A DNA stretch of 61,576 nucleotides, filler included, from Gonapodya sp. JEL0774 (GCA_027604505.1; 14 parts of 14 records of this genome joined end to end with filler, not necessarily neighbours in it); one strand, 5' to 3'. Counted from the first letter of the whole stretch, positions 1 through 13,271 are shown. Numbers and translations are program-made. Notes: a model not told the origin generated them from the sequence alone.

Positions 1-678
1 TCTCTCGTTGACGTCGGTTTCGTTGACTTCCTCAAGGTGCGTTGGTGGAGTTATTGGCAAAGAAACATATCTCGGTTCCAACCCTCGCTCTCCCAACCAA
101 CAGTCCACCACAAAGTACAAGAACTACCACTCTCTCCTTCTCGAGGAGAAGGACCAGGCCAAGTCGGCTAAACTGAGGCAGGAGGGCTACGTGAGTTTTT
201 TGAATCATCTTCCTCGAGCCAATCATCCCAACCTCATCCGAATCAAATTTGCACCCACAGTCCGCTGACTACTTCTTCTCCTCCCCCAACGCCATTGGCA
301 CGTCTGGCGCCTTCGTCATCGCCGATCTTACTGGTACCAAAACCGCTGGTACCTTTTCTTCTGGAAACCTCGTCCTACTCGCCGGTTCCAACAAAATTGT
401 CGAAGGGGGCAAAGACGAGGTGCTCAAGAGGCTCTACGACTACGTGCTTCCCCTTGAGAGCTTGAGGTCTCACCTTGCCTACGGCGTGCCCGCTTCGGCC
501 GCCAACAACGTCGGTGAGTAATGGCGCACTTCATGCGTAGGTCTCCATCGCAGCAGCGCCTCTCATTTCTTTCCGCTTCTGCATTTGTCCCTCAAACACA
601 GTCGTCGTCTCCGGTGCCAACCCATGGGGCCCCAAGCGTATCCACATTGTTCTCGTCAAGGAGTCTCTCGGATTCTAA
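1..678 (+). CDS. LUD-domain (LutC/YkgG, lactate-utilisation-like) protein, 5'-partial, 3 introns
   Basis: Splicing three GT-AG introns gives ...SADYFFSSPNAIGTSGAFVIADLTGTKTAG...LVLLAGSNKIVEG...YVLPLESLRSHLAYGVPASAANNVVVVSGANPWGPKRIHIVLVKESLGF*. This matches the LUD family pattern (ADY..S.NAI...G.NKIV...RI.V.LV.E.LGF). Confidence 0.75.
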
Positions 679-1209
679 ACTCCGTGATGTTGTATTTCTG
701 TAGACAATTATGTCTCTCTCTCTGTATGTAGCCGGCGTATTTCGTTGATGAAAAATTTATGTCATTCTACAACAATATGTGTGCCTGGAATTGAACTTTT
801 ATTACACACTGGCCCCTGGCGCCGCACCAAAATTCCAATCGAAGAACGTAATTTGATCAAACAATTTTCCATTGTTCGCTTTGCAAATGAAGCGTATTTA
901 AAGGGGAAAGAAGAAATGAGTTTTCTTGGTCCGCCGATCGCCCTAATACTACTGTTCTCATATAAGACAAATCTACCAAGGGGGGCTTGTCCTGACGCTA
1001 GCACAATGCGCACACATCTTTGAAGGGGGTTCATGTCGTGATCCCTTGACACGACCTGGGCAGGTCCTGGTCGTCCGTGCGTTGAACGGTAGGCAGGCTG
1101 TGGCATTGGAATATATAGTTACACGAGCACCGATCATCGTCACACGTTGTAATAATACATCTAGAATTGAACTGTTTCTGTTTGTCCTCAACAAACGCAG
1201 TCGCGCCGA

Positions 1210-4063
1210 TTACCTTAGAGCCGCTGTCGAGTTCCCACTCCTGTTTGCTGAAAGAGCACTGGCAACGCTTACGCTATCGTTGGACATGTTTGCCACTCCA
1301 CCGATTCCAGCACCACTAAAAGCCCCGCCACTTTTTGGGTCGGTGCTGCTGGCTTTACCACCGAACAAGGCGCGGTTCTCTATGAAATGGTGGGATGGTG
1401 TCAGAACATCAGAGATTCCCGGAACGGCCAGATCTAGCACTGCAATCAATCAGTTTCCACATCGAAACGTCAATACTCACGCTTTATAGCGTTTGAGAAT
1501 GCAGTGAGCATTGCCAGGAAATGGTCTTGGACGTTCTGTATTTCCGTCATGTATGATACAGATTCGTGCTTGAGGCTCCCATCACGGACGAGAGCAAAAT
1601 CGAATTTCTTGGCTGCAGGGGAAGAGAAAACTCTGGAGAGTTGGATCCCCGTATCGGAATATGCAATTCAACACGTACCTTTGTCCATAACAATAATCAT
1701 GAAGTGGAACGGTTTCAAAATGAAATATTCGGTGAATGCAAAGCTTGTAACACTCATAAGCACCACAAGAACCACCGCTATGGCACAAGATAGGACGTGG
1801 TTATCACGCCGATGTTGCATGTCCGCGCCGCAGTACGATGGAAGAACGTACCGATGATGATGACGGTTCGACTCGCCGAAAGAAGCCGATCGGCGAGTCT
1901 GTTTTCGAGAAGAAAAGTATCCGCAAGGTAGTCCGATGATGGCTGCGTTGAATACGAGAAGCAGTGTAGTCCAGAACTTTACGTTGATATGGCATGCGTG
2001 TTCAATTAACTCACCGCTCCGCTTACAATCAGCCACGTGTATCCGCTTCGATTGTACCTTGTAACTTGAAACATGTAGTCACCCACGAGGTATTGAGCGT
2101 CCACGGTGTTCGACAATGCGTTCCCAGAGGCTGCATAAATGGTGCGTGCAGAGGTGTTGAAAAGAGGGTTTTCATTGTACGAGATGTCGAAAATGGTTTT
2201 CAGACTGTACGAATTATCGATGGGGGACTGCTTGATGAGAGGCTGGCGAAACAAAGACGGCATTTGAAACTTTGATGATTGCACTCGCGAACAGCAGTTG
2301 CTATGCCACAGACCGACAAACCCGTGTAGTTCAATAACCCCAACCCCGTCATCCCCAGAATTTGGCCTTGGCCAGTCATAATGTACATCAAAGTGTTGGG
2401 AGTACTGCTCGCTTTCAGGTCCTCCAAGATACTAGCGAAGTTGAGAGTGTTGAAAATGACGATACCACACGCCTTGAACGTGTTGGTTTGGTCCCAAATG
2501 GAGTACGTGAGTGATTGCACAAAGCGCACTGGGTCAACGTTTGTGCCAACTGTAAAGTACGGATCCACATAGACGTATTGGTTCAAGGGGAGTTGATCGA
2601 TGTACCAAGGTCTGAACGGCCAAAGAGAAAAGAAGTGTGCATACTGTCGAAAATCTGCCCTAACATGACGAAAGGAAATCAGTGCATACAATACCTCTTC
2701 CATAATTGAAGACCGGCAGCTGTCTGTGAGTGGGATGAAGGGATTGGTTTCGTCAGCTCGGGTGGTAACACAGCGTTTTGTGAACGTACTTGTTAAAAAC
2801 TTACTTGCGAGTACAGCGAATCCACTATAAGCGTTCCGTTGGCGCTTTCCTTCAGCGTGTACTGATTAGATCTTTGATGGGCGGAAATGAATGTATTGAG
2901 TCTCTGTGACGGTGGCGAGATTAAAGGCGATGACCGTCATCCCTACATACCGAGTATTCGTAGTGACATTTGGACAAAAATAACTACATGTCTTGTTTGA
3001 CGACATGTAAACCTGATACCAGAAGCTCGGGGCTTTATTTTCATGTCAGAAATCGTCGGTGCGATTTCAAGTCACCGAGTGAAATCCGAATCCAGGGTCA
3101 ATGTTGATCTCACCTTTCGCAAACGTGGTATCGTACACGGGGCCAACTCCCAGCATGTCTTGGGTGGTGTTGATAAAGTACATGTAGTACTGTATGTTGA
3201 CGTCAATGGCGCGAAGGTTCGTGTACATGTGGGGAGTCATCGAACTGCAAAATTAACACGGGACAGACGGAAACGTTCAGCTGATGCGACGATGCCATCG
3301 GTAAGCAAAAGCTCAAACGTACTCAAAGTCATCGTACTTGACAATTCCACGTTTGACAAGTCCCTGCGTTTGGCTTGCAAGAAGTTCGATCTAGGTAACA
3401 GTCGAAATTACTGGAGCGGAACCAGTGACCGTTGTCATGCTAAGATACTCACCTTACTTAAATAGGTATCTAGACGCGGTTATTGATTTAATGCCCTCGT
3501 CAGCACTCCCCTATTTATAGAGACAATAATTACTGTACTCACCCATTTGCTTCCAAACGCTCAACGAGGCAGAAACTTGGATACCTTTGGCAAGTGCGGT
3601 GATGCTACTCCTACCTACGTTCAGCAAATTTGCGCCAAGAATTGTGGGGGTTTCGTATGGTAGGTCCAGTCAGCTACGACTACGTGGACTGTGATGGATC
3701 TGTAACTGACAAGACCGTACCTTGATTGATGGCATCGGCATTTGAGGATCGAGTCGAAGTAACTGCCACAATGGTGAGACTTATCGCGATAATTGCAATG
3801 CTGGCATGGAGGACGTTACAGTGTGCCATTCATATGACCATCGTGCGGGAAGTTGCAAGCAGGCACATCATATGGTTAACGAATCGGCAGCGTCACCAGA
3901 TACAAAGCTTTCCAACTCACTCAATGAATACCATTGCGCTGATCGCTACTCGGAGCGGAATACCCCAAGAGCGTTTCGAGGCACCATCAGAGGTAGGCGC
4001 CCCCGGCTCAACAGCATTGCCGTCGTTGACTGAGTGAACATCTCCCCCGGAGGAATTCATCAT
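1210..4063 (-). CDS. Membrane sensor-like protein: TM - extracellular Cache-like domain - TM - HAMP-like region - short tail; multi-exon
   Basis: N-terminal TM (GIPLRVAISAMVFI/IAIIAISLTIVAV). Cache-type RPWY...YVDPYF...MYIMTGQGQILG. Second TM (LSCAIAVVLVVLMSVTSFAFTEYFILKP). HAMP-like MDKAKKFDF...TEIQNVQDHFLAMLTAFSNAIKQNRAL, then a Gly/Ser tail to the stop at 1210. Confidence 0.65.
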
Positions 4064-4316
4064 ATTGCGATGGGTCGACAGGCGTAAGATTCTTTGTCAC
4101 GGGCTGACCGGATGAGCTATTTTGATGAGCATTTTGACTCCGCCTGCAAGGGCTTGAACCCTGATCGGGTTCAATTTCTGCATTGCAAGTTCATGATTGC
4201 GCGAAACCGACTGGTACTTTATCGCGCAGCCAAGCGTTCAGATACGGCGGCATTCATTGCGATTGTCGAATGCCGTGACTCACCCTTTGGGAACTTCCGG
4301 CGATGATCCATGACAG

Positions 4317-4416
4317 NNNNNNNNNNNNNNNNNNNNNNNNNNNNNNNNNNNNNNNNNNNNTTAATTAATTAANNNNNNNNNNNNNNNNNNNNNNNNNNNN
4401 NNNNNNNNNNNNNNNN
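4317..4416. other. Artificial contig-joining spacer (first of 13)
   Basis: 44 N + TTAATTAATTAA (stops in all frames) + 44 N. Identical spacers at 8732-8831, 13147-13246, 17559-17658, 21967-22066, 26373-26472, 30778-30877, 35183-35282, 39586-39685, 43989-44088, 48391-48490, 52790-52889 and 57188-57287. Intervening contigs decrease in length from 4316 to 4289 bp. Confidence 0.99.
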
Positions 4417-4427
4417 TGAAGCGCCAA

Positions 4428-5030
4428 ATGAATGCAAAGAGATCCGAGTTAAGGCTGGTCTTCCAAAGTCTTGAATACTCCAACTATTCTTTGCTGACTC
4501 AGGCCTCGAATTCAAAACCTTCTCAGTTCGTTGACCCACCACCCTCCATAAAGATATTTGAAATCATTGTCACTGCAGATGTTGTGGAGCAGCACGCGGC
4601 AGTTGGAGGTTCTCAACCACCAACCCCAGCTCAACTTCATTTGCGTGGAATGGCTTCTAATTTCCTCGAGCAACTGACCACCCGCCAAACCATGGCGACT
4701 CCATCATCTTTATCAGGCACCGAGATCGCACCGTTTCTTGTAGAGTTTGAACGCCGAATAACAGCAACTCTCACCGCATTCGAGCAGCGAATCGACAGTA
4801 AACTTGCCGAGCTTGAGGATCGATTGGAAACCACCATGAGGCGTGTATTGCTGGAGCATGACAGTACTACTTCAGCTCGAGCGTCATCCAGCTCGCGGTA
4901 TTTCCCCACCGCCCCTGCGGGTGACGCATATGTAGACTTTCGAACCTCCAAGGCGGATCCTCGTTCGGACCCTCGGTACCTCGCCTACAAAGCCCATGCT
5001 AAGGAGTATAATGACTTGTCTTTCAGCTAA
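4428..5030 (+). CDS. Hypothetical protein C-terminal part with coiled-coil segment
   Basis: 200-codon open frame at the contig start with heptad-like FERRITATLTAFEQRIDSKLAELEDRLETTMRR. No family recognised. Confidence 0.4.
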   Translation: MNAKRSELRLVFQSLEYSNYSLLTQASNSKPSQFVDPPPSIKIFEIIVTADVVEQHAAVGGSQPPTPAQLHLRGMASNFLEQLTTRQTMATPSSLSGTEIAPFLVEFERRITATLTAFEQRIDSKLAELEDRLETTMRRVLLEHDSTTSARASSSSRYFPTAPAGDAYVDFRTSKADPRSDPRYLAYKAHAKEYNDLSFS

Positions 5031-5105
5031 GTGACTGTACAGTGGTAAATTCATGCAAAATAACATGACACGTCGAAGAACCTGACTCTGTGATATCCGT
5101 GTGGC

Positions 5106-7272
5106 TCACTTCCTCCGAGCAAAAACCTTGCGGAATGCTTCCTTGATGACAGTGGCAGATTTAGCCGTTTCCTTTGGAGAAAGGGCTGCTGTTGCGCAGA
5201 CGCGGATTGAAGGTGTTTGAGGCAGACGCTCTCGGTCATGGTTGTACTTTGACCTGGAAAGGAGGACGCCGGAATTCATGGCCTGACGATAAGCAAGATC
5301 AGTGGATATTGGTTGGAACGGAAAGCCGTCAGATATCGGTGCACAATACCCACCTCATCAACAACCTGCTGCAAGAACCGCTCCTCTTCCTCCGCGTTCG
5401 CCAGTCGTTCCTTCAACCTCAAATGAATAAGCGGGCTACTGTCCACTCCACCACAAACCACGCCTGGCACCGCCTGCAGTCCGTTCCTCAGAGTCACTGT
5501 GTTCTCCTTCAGCTTCTTCACGAGGTCCTTTCCGTCCCTCGCAATGACGTCGAGTGCTCCGTTCGCAGCTACAGCGAGGATAGCAGGAAGGGAGGCGGAG
5601 TAACAGTAAGCTTGACCAGAGAGTCGCTGGTGATTGATGACTGGTTCGGAACCGACAACGAAGCCGCCCGCGCCACCCAGGACGTTGGCCATTGAGCCGC
5701 TAATCATGTCCACTTCAGTCACCTACAAAAGACCGGCAGCATGTTCACACTTTCGAACGCCCAATGATTTCGGTCTTCAATCTCTCACTGGCACATTGAA
5801 CTCCTCCGTGACTCCTTTGCCAGTCTTCCCGATAACACCGAAAGACACGCTCTCGTCGACGATGAGTCGCCACTTGTACTTGTGCTTTAATTCAAGGAGC
5901 TTAGGTAGGGGGCATAGGTCACCGTAGTTCACGTAGAGTCCCTCCACCACAATGAAACGTCGAGTGACGGGTTTGCGGGTACGCGCGGTGTCGCGCTTGA
6001 CCTTTTCGAGTATTCGTTCGAGATCTGCCATGTCGTTGTGTTTGAACCAGTGAACGGTGGAGCGCGAGATGGTGATACCTTGTTGGACTGCCAGGGAGAC
6101 CCCTTCATCACTGACAAGTACAATACATGTAAGAGTGGGTGGCAATACATGACAGGTGTGGAGAGCTCACGCGACGATGATATCCCCGCGCTTGGCAAAG
6201 GCTGGGATAGCGCTCGAGATAGTGGAAAACCCCTGAGAGTAGATTATGCCACGTTCGGCGCCGATAAAGTCGGCAAGTGCCTGTTCGAGCTTCATGTGCA
6301 CGTCTGCGACACACTCGTCAGAGAAAACAACACACCAACATCAGGCACAATGAAAGACTTACCCAACGTTCCGTAAAAGCCGGGAGGGCCACAAGTACCA
6401 ACGCCATAATTTCGCAGAGTCGAGACTGCCTTCTCCTGAAAACATCAATGAACCATCGTTCAGGAATGAACATCCAAACGGACCAAATAACCATCACACA
6501 CCTTGATGTCATCAGAATTCATTATTCCGAGGAAGTTGTAACTGGATAAGTTTGTAACTTCCTTTCCGCTCTTGAGTTTCTCCTTGATTCCGGGCATTCT
6601 GCACGAGTGAGAGAGTCGCTGATGCAGTTCACTTTCCAAGAAGCTACGACAGAGAACTTGAACTTACCCGACAATAACAGGTATCTTTTCCAGCTCCATT
6701 TTTTGAAACTCGGTTAATTCCGGAACAAATGGTTCGGGCTCCCACTCAGCGACTAGCTCGTCGATTTCCTGCGAAATTCTGTCAAGCTTCATCCTTTCCA
6801 CCACGTCGTGAAAGTTACGACTCACAGCTTCCGTCAGTTTCACTTCGTTGACCGCTCCTTTGCCTCGCCGATACTTGAATATGTACCATATGAGATATGA
6901 GAACAGAATGAGCTCGACAAGGGTCCGATAGGGATCATTTTGGTGCGATGCTTTGATGTATCGCCAAATGATTTGATGGCCTGAGAGAACGATCCTATGA
7001 AACCTTGTGTGCTGATGGAGGTGACAAGTTCTCAACACCGACCTGGGATCGTCTCCCACACGGTTGTCCCGATAGAAGCAGTTGTGTTCACAGCGACAAT
7101 GACCTATCGTAGTGTCCAACGGGGCAATTCAGTGCGGAAAATGGCTTGAGACAGGAGCACTTCATAATCTCTCAGAAGAAGTGGACGCCACATAATAGCG
7201 TACATTGACAGCAAGTTGCGAAGCAAAGTCATTGACGAGCTTGGAATTTTCGCTATTGAAAACGTTGTTCAT
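5106..7272 (-). CDS. LCB1: Serine palmitoyltransferase subunit 1 (LCB1/SPTLC1), multi-exon
   Basis: [68 protein letters not shown]...[35 protein letters not shown]-terminus [15 protein letters not shown]...RRK*. The lack of a PLP lysine (GSMANV) fits LCB1. Confidence 0.93.
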
Positions 7273-7511
7273 TGGAGACTGAAATCGAGAGCGCGTACGG
7301 GCGTAAGATGAATCGAGCTGCAAGTTTGGCAAGGAGGTTTCTGCCGTGCCTCCAAAAACGGTTTAGCCGACATCGATCACTCTGTCCAGCTGGTTCAGAT
7401 TTCACCCAAATTTCTTTCCCGCCAGATCCAGCACGACAAAACTTCGCTAAGACGAACGCAACTTGTAGGAAGTTTGTGATCTTGTTGTCTTTCGCCGCCG
7501 GTCTGTAGGCG

Positions 7512-8731
7512 ATGGCGCTGTTCCCTACAAGTGGAATGTCCTCTGCAGTTCCACCAATTGCCACCCTGGACGCGGCGACCCAAATGCGGCTCATAGCGGC
7601 GCCGCCGGACGCTTCACCACAGCACAACCGACCACCTGTTCACGTGCCCCCCGAGATTGTGGGAATGATCCTCCCTTACCTGAAAACTCTGGCGGATGTC
7701 CTTGAGTGGTCGAAATTGAACCGGAGAGCCGGACCCGAGACGAATAGGTTCTTGCTCAAGACGTTACAAGTGCCTTTGGTATGCTTTCTGTATGCGGCAA
7801 AGGTGAGCCAAGGGGTCGGCGTTCATTCGAGAGCGCAGCATCATCTCACACATGCATTTCCCATCCCGCAGGTCCGAGTCAAACATTGGCCTCACGATGC
7901 TAAACGACATGAGGTCCGCATGTGGCACCCCCGTGGATGCGCTGGGTGCGGGTACTGGAACGTTAAACTGCCCCGTCGCGAAAACTCTCCCAAACTCTGC
8001 CAGTCGTGTGGGTCAGGACGATACGGCGGAGCTTTCAAAATGATAGACGAACGGTGTCTCAGGGAGACGTATCTTATCACGTTGACAGAAGTGCCTGTCG
8101 GGGGCAGGGCTGACCAGTTTCGACGCTACTACCATTTCGCAGGGCGGAACGACCTCCTCAGTATGGAATTCCCGGTAGCTCTTCCGGAGCCGAAGAAACC
8201 TACAGTAGCAGCCATTGCAGTTGGACCTCCTGGTGGCGAGGGAACTGGAAGTGCGAACGGAAACGGAAACGGAAACGAAGCCGCCGTCGGAGGCCAGAGT
8301 TCAACAACAACACGCGTCTCCGAACCAGTTGCGTCCACAAAGAAAACAGGTGGCAATAAGAAACCAACGAGCAAGGTTGCACCTCGCAGACCTACCGCAG
8401 AAGAACCACCCAAAGGCGACAAAGAACCTCCGGTCAGCGCAGACGAAGAGACCGACCTCGACCCTGTTGGACCAGCCTTCTTTGATGTTCAGTCTCGGGT
8501 GCTCGCAAGCCGGGCACATGGAGGCCACGAAGGGCTCGCGAAAAAGAGGTTGCAGCTTGCAGAGGACTTGAAGAAGAAGAAGGTAGCCAAGGCAGCCTAC
8601 GTGGATAGAATTGTGAAGGAATGGGCGGCACGGAACGATGCGGCGAAACGAAATGGAGCGCATGGGACGAAGAAGAAGAATAATTCTGCCACGGCTTCAG
8701 CGTCCAAGGCTGCCCGTGTTGCGAACTCTAT
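7512..8731 (+). CDS. F-box-like protein with Cys4 zinc finger / XPA-like C-terminal region, 3'-partial
   Basis: F-box-like VPPEIVGMILPYL...LEWSKLNRR; CAGC...LCQSC; KMIDERCLRETYLI; ASRAHGGHEGLAKKR followed by a basic helix. Confidence 0.55.
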
Positions 8732-10681
8732 NNNNNNNNNNNNNNNNNNNNNNNNNNNNNNNNNNNNNNNNNNNNTTAATTAATTAANNNNNNNNNNNNN
8801 NNNNNNNNNNNNNNNNNNNNNNNNNNNNNNNCGGGTGCGCGACACCCGTTACTGCCAGGCTGGAGACTACCGGGCGAAACCACTGGGACCGGAGCGGCTG
8901 GATGTTGGAGTGGACGAGGGAGGGAATGTCTAGGGGGACGGGGAGGGCGATGCTGGAAGCTAGCCAAGCAAAGGTGATAGTTTCATCATACTCGAGCGCT
9001 ACATAGTGCAATCTGTTTCACAGCTCATTCTTCTCACTCCAGTGCACTGTCTTTTAAATTCATTGTTACAAGCGTCTTCTACCCTATCTTATGTATACCC
9101 CAAGTGAGTTGTCCCTTTTGTGGAGTGCTTTGCCCGCCCACCTCCCCGTGGTGCGCTCTGGAAACATTTGCGCCTCGATCATGTAGACGCAAATGGCTAA
9201 GAGGCGGGCAGTCTTTTAACCTGTACAGCTTATTCAGTAGTAAATCAAGATCGTGTTTCCAATTGTGAACCAGATATGCCTGATAATACGCAGAGCGATT
9301 GATTTTGCAGTGTGCCGGCAACACGGGAAGCAATCGATTAATTTTCTGTATGACGCAACTGTGCAATCCATGAAAACGATCTGCCCAACGGCATAGCAAA
9401 CATGAAAGGTACTCGAGTAACAATGGTTGATATCGTGACTAGTGCGTCCAAGTGACCAACACATGACATTCGCGGGAAAGAAATATCTGTTAATGTTTCG
9501 TGTATTTCACATATATGTACATCTTAAATTCTGGCTAAAATTATCTCCGTACTTATCTGTACGGAATCACTTGGTCAGCCCTTAACGCCATCAGGCATTT
9601 CCACGTTGACCATCCGACTTTCCAGTGAGACATGGACCTTGATGGGAACACTTGGGAGTCAGACCATGCACCCGGAGACCCGTTATGTGAGGACTTGGAT
9701 CAATCAGCATCCGCGGAACGACGTACTGCGGTAATCACAGCCTTCGCGATGCGGTTCGTCCCAGACTTGTGAATCGGAAAAGTTTGAAAGAGTTCGGTAA
9801 CTGGCAGAGAAATATTCTAAGGGTCAATGGATGTCGCACTCCACCTTTGTTGAGCATCGGACTATTTGCATCTTGGCTGGAAAGTGAACTAGACGCATAG
9901 CTCTATTTTATGAATGCATTTGGGAATTCTTATTTGTACTATTACTTTGTGTGTGTGTGTGGCGAAAAGTTCAGATTCAGTGTGTTGCTGTGCATTCGCG
10001 CTCAACACTTTCGATGCGCAGCTATTCAGATGCCTAAAAAAAGCACCACTTTTCTTAGCTCGGGTAGGATAGGATATTATCGAAGTTCAATACATTGAAA
10101 GCCGCGACGGCACTTGAGCATATATTTCCATCTCGTCCACGACTCTCTTCCGTCTGGTTCGAGAGATTTTTGTCTCTTTAGCTCCGGTCCCTTCTTTCAT
10201 CGAGATCGTCCCTTCCTCCGCAACTCCGCGGCGAACAGCAGAGATACAATAGACAACGACACAGACATCCAAGCACCGACACTCGCAATCTTTCGCACAC
10301 TCACGAACTCCCAAAGCAGTCCGAATACAACAACATCCAACTTCTTCTACGCAGTACAGGAGGGGTCACATACTTTCTTGTGCTATAGAAACCTTACGAA
10401 CCTACAACCTTTTCAACCCACACCGGCGTTCTTATAAGTCCCAAACTAACTCGGTTCACAACAGCAGCCATCCAGACTCTTTAATTGACTGCTAATAGAT
10501 TGTGATCATCGAATCGAGTACATTTGTGGAAGAGTATCGTGACGGTCGTATTGAATAGGTTATCAAAAGCTAAAATACATCAGGTACTGTCGACGGACGG
10601 AGTATACGATCTTCTCCGCCAAATGCACAGCGGACAAAGATCAACGTTACAAGCGCTCCGGCCTGTCGTCCTCACCATCCC

Positions 10682-13146
10682 TTACTCCACATTTTGCCCC
10701 CCGCCTCCATGAACCCGCTCGCGTCCACACATTTCACTTCGCCGTCCACCAAGAGCTCCGAGAGGACTTTTCCCGTTGCCGGAGCATTGAGAATACCCCA
10801 CACCTATTTTGACAAAGTCGCGAAAGGCGCGATGATCGTGGGCGGCGCGGGTCCAAGGTGTTTGTGCAGGCAGATTTTCATGTTGTTTTTGAGCGAGACG
10901 AGGAGCGGACAAATTAGCCGTCAAAACATTTCTCCCGTCATTGGCACGCACCGAACACAAACTCACCGTGTGCCCACACCCAACCGCCAGCCCCTGCACC
11001 CCACCCGCCCACCCCACCAACGGCCTATCCCCAACCTGCGGAATCCAGCAACACTGCCTCTTATGCTCCACCGCGTCCTTGAGGACGGAACTGATCCTGG
11101 CCCCGACGTCCTTCAACGTGTCGCAGGACTCGGGTACGGGTACGAAGAGCGAGGCCGAGCGGGGGAGCGAAGCTACGTCGGACGCGCCGCAGATGTAGAC
11201 GTTGCCGTCGGGCCTAGGGTACACTTCGGGGTCCGTGGTGGGGAGCGACGGGTTTTGGGGTCTGTAAGTTAGAAAGACTGGGGCGGGAAGTTCGAACAGG
11301 GGATGAAGTCGGTGGAGCCTGTGAATCCTCACGGCATGCAAAAGAACAGATCAACACTCACGTGCCGTGGCAGTCACCGGGTCCTTGGGTCTCAGCACGA
11401 TAGAATGCGCACGGTGTCTGTGACGAGCGATGAACAGCGTTCGCAGTCGAGAGAGCATGAAAAGCAATGGCAAAAAGCCACACGGAGACGGGGTTTTAAG
11501 CGGAAGAAGAAAAACAGATGCAGAGTTAGATGAGAGTGCCGGAGACAGTTTCCCAGACAAAAAAGAAAAGGACCTTGCAGCAACGCACACCGGCGATTTC
11601 TACCCCCACAGTGCTGCGCCGACACACGTCATCGAATGGTCCTCAGCACCGAGCCTTAACACTCACCCATATCCGACTTTGGGCCACTTGACTCCCTCCC
11701 TCACCCACTCCTTCGCCTCCGCGACCCATGGACCCGTCGCCACAACCACTACGTCCGCGTCCACGATCCTCGCCTGATCTGGCTGCACCGTGTCGGGGTG
11801 AGTCGACGAGGCTGGAAGATGGTAGGTCGGCGTGGGGATACGGACGTGGGGGTGGGCGTGTGCTTGTGCAGAGGGGTGCAGGGTGTGTGGGCACGTGGTG
11901 GATTCGACGCCGTCCCCGTCCGACGGCTCGGTGAGCGTCTCTGCAGACGACGTGGTGGCGGGAACGTCCCCCGACGCGGAGACAAGCACTCCCGTCACGC
12001 GAGGTGGAGGTTTGGACGCGGTGTGGTTGCGTGTGGTCCGGGGAGGACTCCCTGCAGTCGGCGATTTCGAGGGATCTTCGCTGTCCTCCTTCACACTGCT
12101 CGCCGTCCCGTTTCCGGTCAGCCATCCCAGCCACCCTGCTCCACTATTCTGCTGCTTGTCACCGTTGTCTCCAGGTTCAGGTGTTCCCGCGATCACCTCG
12201 CCTCCGGCGTACCGTAACCCCTTGGCCTCGTATCCCATCATCACCGTTACACGGCCCGTGGCCACGGCGGCGTCGAGGAGGGTGTGAGTGAAGCAAAAAG
12301 GGTGGACCTGGGCGCAATTATCCGGTGTGCCTGGAAAGGAGCACAGGATATGCATCGAGCGATGAGTTGTGTAGAGTTAGGAATTCCGAGTCAGCACTTG
12401 CTCCCATACAATCCACCCAAGCATCAAGGTCCGGTGGATTTCCGTGACGCATAGCCCGTCCTTCTGCGCCAGTCAAATCGGCACTCAAATCCTCACAACT
12501 CGCACCAGTCACGCCCACCAAAATCTCCCGACCAATCAACGCCCCCTTCATACAGCAACTCACCAATCTCCTCCCACCTCCCTACATCTTCTCCATCGAC
12601 CCACTCCTCGACCCTTTCCCCGCCCCCCTTGGCGCCTCTTCCGGCCTGTACGGATGCCACTCGGACAGGTCTGTACCCGTATCGGGTTTCTCCCTGCAGG
12701 GTGCGTGCGAGGTCCGCGTGGAGGGAGAAGGAGAGACGGGTGAGCTGGGAGTAAGGGGTGTGGTCAGTCCAGGAGGAGGCGAGGAAGCCACCGGCTGTGG
12801 ACGAGGGGGAGTTTTCGTATTAGTGTATTTAACGTAGTTGTTGCAGTGGTAGCTGATTGTCACGATTCACAGGAGCACCACCGATGGGCAGGCAGGAGGT
12901 GACCTGACATGCGCACGGAATATTGTGCGCACCCTGAACGACATATCGACAAAGCCTCCCCACCAACCAAGCTCCAGCAGCCCAGTCCCCCAGTTAGTGG
13001 CTTCCAACTGCATGCGCACCTTTTCCCGACGCCGCAGCCGCGATGCCCGTTCTCTCGACGACGGTGACTTGGATGTTCTTCTCGGCTGCGCGCGGATGTG
13101 TGGCGAGGTAATAGGCTGTGGAGACTCCGACAACGCCTGTGCAAGA
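10682..13146 (-). CDS. FAD-dependent oxidoreductase, DAO family (TDA3-like), 5'-partial, multi-exon with long low-complexity inserts
   Basis: GVVGVSTAYYLA...VTVVERTGIAAAASGK; AQVHPFCFTHTLL; ADVVVVATGPW; DPEVYPRPDGNVYICG; GCGHT/WGILNAPATGKVLSELLVDG. Confidence 0.85.
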
Positions 13147-13271
13147 NNNNNNNNNNNNNNNNNNNNNNNNNNNNNNNNNNNNNNNNNNNNTTAATTAATT
13201 AANNNNNNNNNNNNNNNNNNNNNNNNNNNNNNNNNNNNNNNNNNNNGTGGAGACATCTCCCCTTCGTAGGT

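Noticed and set aside
8832..10500. Short ORFs and a possible gene tail at the start of contig 3
   Set aside because: No recognisable motifs or consistent exon chain; treated as unassigned or intergenic.
11643..12863. Many overlapping 100-230 aa ORFs on both strands
   Set aside because: GC-rich low-complexity inserts and shadow frames of the TDA3-like gene.
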